Positions 57,592 to 64,000 of a DNA stretch of 64,000 bases are shown one piece after another. Source of the stretch: Candidatus Bathyarchaeota archaeon (GTDB lineage Archaea > Thermoproteota > Bathyarchaeia > Bathyarchaeales > Bathycorpusculaceae); NCBI GenBank assembly GCA_963832745.1, contig CAWHVC010000003.1, forward strand, positions 672,001-736,000. Direction: 5' to 3'. The position numbers and the translations under genes were made by a program. The notes under the pieces are model-generated. The model had not been told where the DNA came from and ran no database searches. It saw only the letters and a program-made list of their open reading frames with translations. The stretch's first letter is position 1, and each line of letters starts with the position of its first letter.

Positions 57592-59304
57592 TTAGGTTTC
57601 AATGGCCTTCTCAGAAGCTGCAATGTAAACGTTAGCAAACCGGCTAACCAAATCCTTCTGAGTATAAACCGAAGTGTTAAGCCGGAAAAAGTTACCCATA
57701 CGGTCAGTCTGAACGCCAATCCCGATCACGATAACGTTTTTTCTTAGCAAATCATCCACGCCTTCCTTGAGTGCAATGGGCATGTTTGCGTAACCGTAAG
57801 GCCAACCGTCCGAAATAACAATTAACACCCGCTGCTCCTCGAAGCGTTTGGCGAGCATTTTGCCTGCCATAAGTACGGCGTCAGGCATGTAGGTTAAGCC
57901 TTCAAACTTTAAGCCCCCAATTCGGGAACGAATCGTTTTAGAGTAAGATTCGTTGCTGTCTTTTAAGACATGTAGGCGATCATTGAAACCAAAAAAGCTC
58001 CAGGATGTCGGGTCGGTCATTAACTCTTTAGCTACTTCACCAACACTAATGGCCAACGCGCGTCCATATTCCCCTCTTACTTTCATGCTGGCGCTCGCAT
58101 CAAAAACAATCGACCAAGCGAAACTTTGCTTTAAATATTCATCTAGATTGAAAACGTCTGTTGCAGGTTTGCCGCAGGCCATAGCCTGTATAACTGCGCT
58201 CAAGTCCAGTTGTCCCATTTCTTGTCTTGGGTCCTCGTCCAAAAGGTCCAAGGCGCTTCGTAAAGCATCCATTAAGCGGCGGCTTGTTCCCTGCATTAAG
58301 TTTCTTGCCCTAAGATACTGAGTATAGTCCTCATCTGGAAAAGAAATTCCCTTAAAACGTGTCCAACCCAAATATGGCGAGAGTCTTTGAAGTATTTTTT
58401 GCTGGCGTTCTTTTCCGTATCTATCTGCGTCGAAAGCTTGTAATGCTTCATTTTCTTGTTCAGGACGCCACAACTGTTCCATGTTGTCGATGGCTGGGAC
58501 TGTTCCACCTAAGGCTTCAAGTGCAAAAATGAATGTACTTTCAAAATCAAAGTTTTCTTCAGGCACACTATAGATGCTGCAGTTGCCTGTGCTTTCGGTG
58601 TTTGGAAGTGATGGCGCCTCCAAGAAGGGCCCATAAGGTTCAAGAACGCTGCTCATAATCTTGATTTTTTCGTTAACAATCTTTCCCAAGTCAAGCTGGT
58701 CGCCCATAAATGTGGATAAGAAAGTCTCTTTAAGAGTTGAAAGTTCCCCCAATATGGTGTTTACTGTTTGGTCGTCTTCTGGGCTCAAGTTTCCTTTGAT
58801 TGCGCCGAGGTTAATTTTTGTCAAAAGTGCAGTCATGACTCTTGTCGAAGGTGAAAAAATGTGGTTGACTGGTTTAATTCTTTGATAGAAACATGTGTTG
58901 GCAAATGCAATGTCAACAAAACGGTCTGGATACCATGCTTGCAGGTAAGCGTTTGTGTAAGTGTCACGTGCAAGAGCTTTACAGTAAGCCTGAAGTGGCG
59001 TGTCTGAATTGTTGTGGTACATTATCTCGTTAGGCAGCATTGTTAGGGTGTGAGTGGTTAAATGCAGAACTGAAGCGCGGAATAATCGTCCAACTCGGAT
59101 TTTGCCCTGGTGGTCAAAGGGAAAAACTTGGCCTAAGTAAGAAATTTGTTTGTTTGGAAGAAACTTAACTGAGGGAAGTTTAATGGTTATTCCGAATTCG
59201 TCGGGCTGAAAGGTTGGTTGCTCAATGTTTGGGTCTTGCAGCATTTTCACTTTGGTGTTATCTTTCTGAAATGAGATTGACCAAGCGTAATCAATAAAAC
59301 CCAT
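57592..59304 (-). CDS. von Willebrand factor A domain protein (NorD/CbbO-like MoxR partner)
   Basis: GQLDL, DASASM (DxSxS MIDAS), GLTYM, VISDGWP, IGIGV. Confidence 0.85.
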   Translation of the reverse strand: MGFIDYAWSISFQKDNTKVKMLQDPNIEQPTFQPDEFGITIKLPSVKFLPNKQISYLGQVFPFDHQGKIRVGRLFRASVLHLTTHTLTMLPNEIMYHNNSDTPLQAYCKALARDTYTNAYLQAWYPDRFVDIAFANTCFYQRIKPVNHIFSPSTRVMTALLTKINLGAIKGNLSPEDDQTVNTILGELSTLKETFLSTFMGDQLDLGKIVNEKIKIMSSVLEPYGPFLEAPSLPNTESTGNCSIYSVPEENFDFESTFIFALEALGGTVPAIDNMEQLWRPEQENEALQAFDADRYGKERQQKILQRLSPYLGWTRFKGISFPDEDYTQYLRARNLMQGTSRRLMDALRSALDLLDEDPRQEMGQLDLSAVIQAMACGKPATDVFNLDEYLKQSFAWSIVFDASASMKVRGEYGRALAISVGEVAKELMTDPTSWSFFGFNDRLHVLKDSNESYSKTIRSRIGGLKFEGLTYMPDAVLMAGKMLAKRFEEQRVLIVISDGWPYGYANMPIALKEGVDDLLRKNVIVIGIGVQTDRMGNFFRLNTSVYTQKDLVSRFANVYIAASEKAIET

Positions 59305-59319
59305 ACTCGCCCACCGAGT

Positions 59320-60348
59320 TTATTGTTGCTCTGTGCCAAATACTCCTTCTAGGATTCTGCGCACATCTGCTTGAACTTCAGGGTTGTCGCTTGTTAAGCC
59401 AATAATGCTTTCTTCTGCAGCACTCATCGGGGTCATGCCGTCAAAACATAAAGTTCCCCAGTTAATCAAGTCACCAAGCGATGGACCATATGGTAGGTCG
59501 CCTGCTTTGTATTGGCGTCTAAGTTCGGCGCCGGCTTGAATAATTTTGTAGGCTGTATCTTTGCTTATTTTGGTTCTTTTCTGTAGCATGTCGACTTCGT
59601 GTGGCGAGATTTTTTCACCTACGCTGAGAAAGTCAAAGTTGATCCACACTGCCATACGTCGACGCATGGCTGCGTTAAGTGGTTTGGTGCCGCTGAATTC
59701 GGCGGTTGCAGGGTTCATGCTAATAATCATGTAACCGTACTTGTGACGTTCGATTACTTCGCTGTCTTTTTCGTTAAGGACAAGGTGTCCTCTGGTGTCT
59801 AGCACAGGGTTGAGTCTTGTGGCAACGTCCTGTTTCATCATGTTTGCTTCGTCGAGATACATGATGCCGCCTTTCCGGAGCCACTGTGTTAAAAGGCCGT
59901 CGACCCAGTTTTCTTTGCCTAAACCGATGAATCTGCCAATCAAGTCGAAGCTGCTGGTGCTTAAACCGCAGTTGACTTCCCAAATGGGTAAGCCTGTTAG
60001 TTCGGCTACTAGGTAGACTATGTGGGTTTTTCCTGTTCCTGATGGACCGATTAAGCTGCATTGTTTGAAATAGTATAGTGCCCTGACGATGCGTTCTACA
60101 TAGTTTAAGCCGTGGTCTAGGTATTCGGGTGTGCCTTTGGGTATCATGCTGTCAAGGTGTTGGAAGCTGTAGTTTGGGTGTAAGTCAAACCTTTGAATGT
60201 TATACTTGTAGTACAATGGTGACGTTGACATTGGACGCTCTTTTTCAAAATTGACCATTACTTTGGCTCTGTCGGCCCGTAATGAGGATACTTCTGTGAT
60301 TCTGCTCGGGTCTGCTTTTTCTCTTAACCCCTGATGTCCATAAACCAT
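59320..60348 (-). CDS. MoxR AAA+ ATPase (CbbQ/NirQ/NorQ/GvpN-like)
   Basis: GPSGTGKT, DLIG, WVDGLL, YLDEAN, SMNP, LNAAMRRR; start set at ATG 60348 after GAGGTGA SD. Confidence 0.88.
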   Translation of the reverse strand: MVYGHQGLREKADPSRITEVSSLRADRAKVMVNFEKERPMSTSPLYYKYNIQRFDLHPNYSFQHLDSMIPKGTPEYLDHGLNYVERIVRALYYFKQCSLIGPSGTGKTHIVYLVAELTGLPIWEVNCGLSTSSFDLIGRFIGLGKENWVDGLLTQWLRKGGIMYLDEANMMKQDVATRLNPVLDTRGHLVLNEKDSEVIERHKYGYMIISMNPATAEFSGTKPLNAAMRRRMAVWINFDFLSVGEKISPHEVDMLQKRTKISKDTAYKIIQAGAELRRQYKAGDLPYGPSLGDLINWGTLCFDGMTPMSAAEESIIGLTSDNPEVQADVRRILEGVFGTEQQ

Positions 60349-60513
60349 TCTGGCGTCACCTCTATGTGTTAAGTGAGAGGCTTCAGCACAACTTATAAGT
60401 ATTATGTAGTATGACTGCAGATACTGGATAACCGTCGAAAATGCGTCTGTAACAAGTGAAACATACAAGCATTTTTCCCCAAACAAACCCATTTAAAAGC
60501 TGCTGAATCCGAA

Positions 60514-60975
60514 TTGACACAAAAAACTCCAGAACAAGAACTTGCCGATTCATTACGAGCCGTGGCAGATGACGTAGGTCAAATAAGCGAGCTTACTTCA
60601 GAAGAAAAAATGCTCGTATCCGAATTCTTTAAAGCCTTTCTGAAATTCATGACTCCACTCTCTCCAGGAATCAGCATATCCAAAACAGCCCTTCCACCTG
60701 AATTCGGCAACGTTGTTAGCGCACACATAGATCCTACAGGTCATTTGGCGTTGGCCTATGAGGATGGTCATTTGGAGTTGAAGGATTTGAGTGATGAGCG
60801 GCACCGTGACCTTCTTGTTGCAGTTGTTCGGGATGCGATTCCAAAATTTAAGCAGTTGACTAACACGCAGAAACGCAAGGTGGAGAACCGGATTAAGTTT
60901 CTTTCTGCTATTACTAAGGATATGCAGAAGATTTCTGGTGCGATTTCGTCAGCTAATTTGTCTGGTCAGCAGTGA
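60514..60975 (+). CDS. Hypothetical protein (helical, C-terminal coiled coil)
   Basis: Intact 153-aa ORF divergent from the MoxR gene, upstream of cheY. Confidence 0.65.
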   Translation: MTQKTPEQELADSLRAVADDVGQISELTSEEKMLVSEFFKAFLKFMTPLSPGISISKTALPPEFGNVVSAHIDPTGHLALAYEDGHLELKDLSDERHRDLLVAVVRDAIPKFKQLTNTQKRKVENRIKFLSAITKDMQKISGAISSANLSGQQ

Positions 60976-61110
60976 TTTTTGGGTTTATTTTTTGGATTCT
61001 TAGTTTGGTTAGGGTTTTTAACTGCATTACTTATATCTTAAGTATTGCTACACAATACTTTTATATTCTGAAACCAAACTAAAAGAACAATCAAAAGTGA
61101 GGCAAAAAAC

Positions 61111-61479
61111 ATGGGAACAGTAATGGTAGTAGACGACGCATCATTCATGCGAGCCGTACTCAAAAAAATCATTCTGCAATCAGGACACGAAGTAATTGCA
61201 GAAGCAGCCAACGGCGACGATGCAATCACACAATTTCAAAACTCAAAACCAGACTTAGTGCTAATGGACATTGTAATGCCTCCGGGAACAAAAGCCAAAG
61301 ATGGCATAGAAGCACTGAAACAAATAGTAACAACAGACCCGGCAGCAAAAATAGTCATGTGTAGTTCAATGGGTCAACAAGCATTAATAGCTGAAGCTCT
61401 CAAAGCAGGCGCAAAAGACTTCGTTGTTAAACCATTCCAACCTCAGAAAGTAATGGAAGTATTATCCAAATACTGCTGA
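61111..61479 (+). CDS. cheY: Chemotaxis response regulator CheY
   Basis: VVDDASFMR, PDLVLMDIVMP, CSSMGQQ, AGAKDFVVKPF; heads the che cluster. Confidence 0.93.
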   Translation: MGTVMVVDDASFMRAVLKKIILQSGHEVIAEAANGDDAITQFQNSKPDLVLMDIVMPPGTKAKDGIEALKQIVTTDPAAKIVMCSSMGQQALIAEALKAGAKDFVVKPFQPQKVMEVLSKYC

Positions 61480-61645
61480 GGCAAAGCCTTTGCAAACCAG
61501 CGCCTTTGGTCCCAATACATGCTCGATAACGGCTGGTCCTTGGGACACAATAACGATTGATGGTCATCGAAGTAAAATCAACGCTTGCACGCAAATCAAA
61601 CCTGTAGCTTACACAACATACAAAACAACCGATGAGTCGTCGCAA

Positions 61646-62134
61646 ATGAGCCAAACGGTGGAAGAAGTTCGCGTGGACATGGCGGATATGAAAGCAGAAA
61701 ATAAGCCAGTTGAATTAGTCACGAGTGTTGGATCATGCATAGCAATATGCTTGTATGACTCCAAAAGCAAGTGTGGGGGGTTGGCTCATATTATGCTTCC
61801 AAACTCTGCTATCGCTCCACATGAGCTTCTTCCATCAAAATTTGCAGACACAGCGGTTCCAGCCTTAGCTAAACTGATCCATAAAATTGGTGGATCTCAA
61901 ATGACGCTTTCAGCAAAAATTGCTGGAGGCGCAAACATGTTCCCAACTTTGAAGAATAATGCGTTAAACATTGGGGCAAAAAACATTGACGCTGTTAAAG
62001 CAGCGTTAAGCCAGCATCATATACGATTAATCAGTGAGGATGTTGGCGGTCAGCATGGCCGCAGAATAACCTTCAATCTGGTAACAGGAATTGCAAAAGT
62101 TAGAAGATTCAACGGGGAGACAAGAGAAATATGA
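61646..62134 (+). CDS. cheD: Chemoreceptor glutamine deamidase CheD
   Basis: VGSCIAICLYD, GGLAHIMLP, KFADTA, AKIAGGANMF, EDVGGQHGR; start set at ATG 61646. Confidence 0.93.
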   Translation: MSQTVEEVRVDMADMKAENKPVELVTSVGSCIAICLYDSKSKCGGLAHIMLPNSAIAPHELLPSKFADTAVPALAKLIHKIGGSQMTLSAKIAGGANMFPTLKNNALNIGAKNIDAVKAALSQHHIRLISEDVGGQHGRRITFNLVTGIAKVRRFNGETREI

Positions 62135-62868
62135 GTGAAAAAATTGATAACTTAAAAATTGCGGATGATAACAAAGGCGTAATATCCTGTCAGGATGACG
62201 ATCCCGCTGATTTAGGAATCCTTCAAGAGGTCGGAAACATTGGAGCTGGGCACGCTGCCACCTCTCTATCCACGGTTCTCCAGCAGGATGTCTCTATAGA
62301 TTTACCAAGAATATGCAGCGTTCCAACACATTTGGTATCAAAATATTATAACATTGGAGATGCTCCAACAACAGCAGTTTTAATGCAGTTACAAAGAGAA
62401 TTCGAATGTGACATCCTCTTGATGTTCGATCTTGCTGAAGCTAAAAAGATTGCTGCATTGATGACTATGGCGCCGTCTGTTGAAGAGCTTGAAGAGTCAA
62501 TGGAGGAATCAGCAATTCAAGAGTTGGCAAACATTGTAATTGGGTCATTTTTGACTGCAATTTCAGACTTTACTGGCGTTCAACTTATACCGACACCGCC
62601 GTTAAGAGTTGTTGACTCGTTTAATTCGATACTTGATAACGTGATTGTGAAGCAGTCGCTTCTTTCCGAGAAAGCGCTGGTTTTCGATGCATGCTTCAAA
62701 CGTCAAGGAACAGACGCAAAATCAATCCTCATTATCTTCCCAAGTGCAGGACTAAAAGCGATACTCATAGAGAAATCCAAAGAAATGATGGGCATTGAAA
62801 TTACTCCTAACGTGGAAATCCAGCCTGCAAATCTGACCCTGCAGGAGCTTCAACAAAACACTCACTGA
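62131..62868 (+). CDS. cheC: CheY-P phosphatase CheC
   Basis: QEVGNIGAGHAATSLS and SAIQELANI, both E-x2-N sites intact. Confidence 0.9.
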   Translation: MSEKIDNLKIADDNKGVISCQDDDPADLGILQEVGNIGAGHAATSLSTVLQQDVSIDLPRICSVPTHLVSKYYNIGDAPTTAVLMQLQREFECDILLMFDLAEAKKIAALMTMAPSVEELEESMEESAIQELANIVIGSFLTAISDFTGVQLIPTPPLRVVDSFNSILDNVIVKQSLLSEKALVFDACFKRQGTDAKSILIIFPSAGLKAILIEKSKEMMGIEITPNVEIQPANLTLQELQQNTH

Positions 62869-62877
62869 GGCAATAAC

Positions 62878-63543
62878 ATGAATAAAAAAAATGTTCAAAA
62901 CTTGTGCTCTGTTTCCGATATCGACATTTTAACTGAACTTGGCAGCATCGGCGCAGGCAACGCAACGGTGGCGCTTTCAAAAATAATTCAGGAATCAATA
63001 AAGATTGAAGTGCCCACAATACATTTGTTACCTCCTCATTTGGTTCCAGGAATCTATGACAAGCATGATACGGTTGTCACTGCAATTTTTATGCAGTTAC
63101 GAGGCGATGCAGACTGTGATATTATGCTAATTTTTGAAGCTCAAGAAGCAACAAAAATTGCTGATTTAATGGCCCATTCTGCTGACTGTGAAAAGCCAGA
63201 GATGGAACAGTCTGCCATTGAAGAGTTGGGTTCTATAATGATTTGTTCATTCCTTAGTGCAATGGGCGACTTTACAGGTACGGAGCTTATACCGAGTCCG
63301 CCCGTGGTTTTGTGTGACTGTTTCGACGCAGTCATTGATAGTTTGCTGCTAAAACAGGCGCTCTGTTCAGATTTAGCAGTTATCTTTGATGCACGTTTCA
63401 AACGAAGCAACAGTTCAGCCGAGGGTTTCCTGATTACTTTCCCAAGTGCAAAGTTACGACAAATGCTTGCAGATAAAGGAAAGAAGTGGCTAGTAGATTG
63501 CACTGAACCTGAAAAAGCCGCAGCGGTAAAACAGACTTCTTAA
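62878..63543 (+). CDS. cheC: CheC-like protein with both catalytic Asn replaced by Ser
   Basis: DILTELGSIGAGNATVALS and SAIEELGSIM. Confidence 0.85.
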   Translation: MNKKNVQNLCSVSDIDILTELGSIGAGNATVALSKIIQESIKIEVPTIHLLPPHLVPGIYDKHDTVVTAIFMQLRGDADCDIMLIFEAQEATKIADLMAHSADCEKPEMEQSAIEELGSIMICSFLSAMGDFTGTELIPSPPVVLCDCFDAVIDSLLLKQALCSDLAVIFDARFKRSNSSAEGFLITFPSAKLRQMLADKGKKWLVDCTEPEKAAAVKQTS

Positions 63544-63567
63544 ACTTACAAAAGGAGGCTTGTTGTT

Positions 63568-64000
63568 TTGGTTGAAACCGTAAAAACTCAAACGCAACCG
63601 GTTGGAGACTTTTTAGAAAACATGTCTTTTCAACGGTTAAAAAAGAACTTGCAGGAAAAAGTGGGTGTTAACTTTAGCGGTTACCGTGACGAGTACCTGA
63701 AACGGCGCATAAATATTCGTTTACGAGCGACTAACAATGAAACTTTGGGTCGTTACCTTCAGTATCTAGCAAAAAACCCTGATGAATATCAAGTATTGCT
63801 TAACGAAATCACTGTAAACTACACTACATTCATGCGTGACAACGACGTTTACCATTACCTTGAATATCAAGTGTTGCCCAAGATTTTCCAGAAGACGCCC
63901 GTACGCATTTGGAGTGCTGGCTGTGCTTCCGGAGAGGAGCCTTACTCACTTGCAATTTTAACGCATAAAATTTTAGGCGATAAACTTGCAAACCACAATG
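63568..64000 (+). CDS. cheR: Chemotaxis methyltransferase CheR (partial, runs off window)
   Basis: Hand translation: YRDEYLKRRI...ITVNYTTFMRD...RIWSAGCASGEEPYSLAI; AAGGAGG SD before TTG 63568. Confidence 0.92.
   Translation, partial: MVETVKTQTQPVGDFLENMSFQRLKKNLQEKVGVNFSGYRDEYLKRRINIRLRATNNETLGRYLQYLAKNPDEYQVLLNEITVNYTTFMRDNDVYHYLEYQVLPKIFQKTPVRIWSAGCASGEEPYSLAILTHKILGDKLANHN

Noticed and set aside
60349-60492. N-terminal extension of the MoxR ATPase in the ORF track
   Set aside because: GAGGTGA SD precedes ATG 60348 and the extension covers the divergent promoter region.
61490-61645. 52-aa N-terminal extension of CheD in the ORF track
   Set aside because: TTG start without clear SD; CheD similarity begins at ATG 61646.

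Overview
Archaeal chromosomal window, most consistent with Bathyarchaeia (thermosome, tetraether lipid synthase, CobY/CobZ, Ftr, archaeal ThyA, GGTGA-type SD sites, Bathyarchaeia-style secreted proteins; the taxon is an inference). In order: (1) 1-13.5 kb glycosyltransferases interleaved with cobamide nucleotide-loop genes (cobS, cobY, cobZ), an epimerase-DGGGP synthase-tes lipid operon and a radical SAM/SPASM + DUF362 pair; (2) 15.8-21.9 kb a bacterial-style stress/glycan island (2 GH130, GT4, alpha/alpha-barrel protein, CBS, Cu-storage bundle, hemerythrin, small basic protein); (3) thermosome, ThyA, MBL-rhodanese; (4) 28.5-36.4 kb four cobalamin-binding radical SAM paralogs; (5) 38.7-44.6 kb a purF-purD-HAD-ftr-pfkB operon, i.e. 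an ehaR/S/T-like triad attached to purine genes, with purF lacking a canonical start codon; (6) 45-56.5 kb four tandem type IV pilins plus a pilus assembly operon with many single-base indels (probably partly long-read error); (7) TrmB regulator, vWA/MoxR pair and a cheY-cheD-cheC-cheC-cheR cluster running off the end. Most notable: a ~95-bp intergenic element that is intact (empty) at 13.6 kb but split by a 918-bp single-gene cassette at 37.7-38.7 kb; the Ftr paralog in the purine operon (candidate alternative GAR formyltransferase); and a non-archaellum pilus next to che genes that include a catalytically degenerate CheC. No rRNA, tRNA, CRISPR array, transposase or integrase was recognised.
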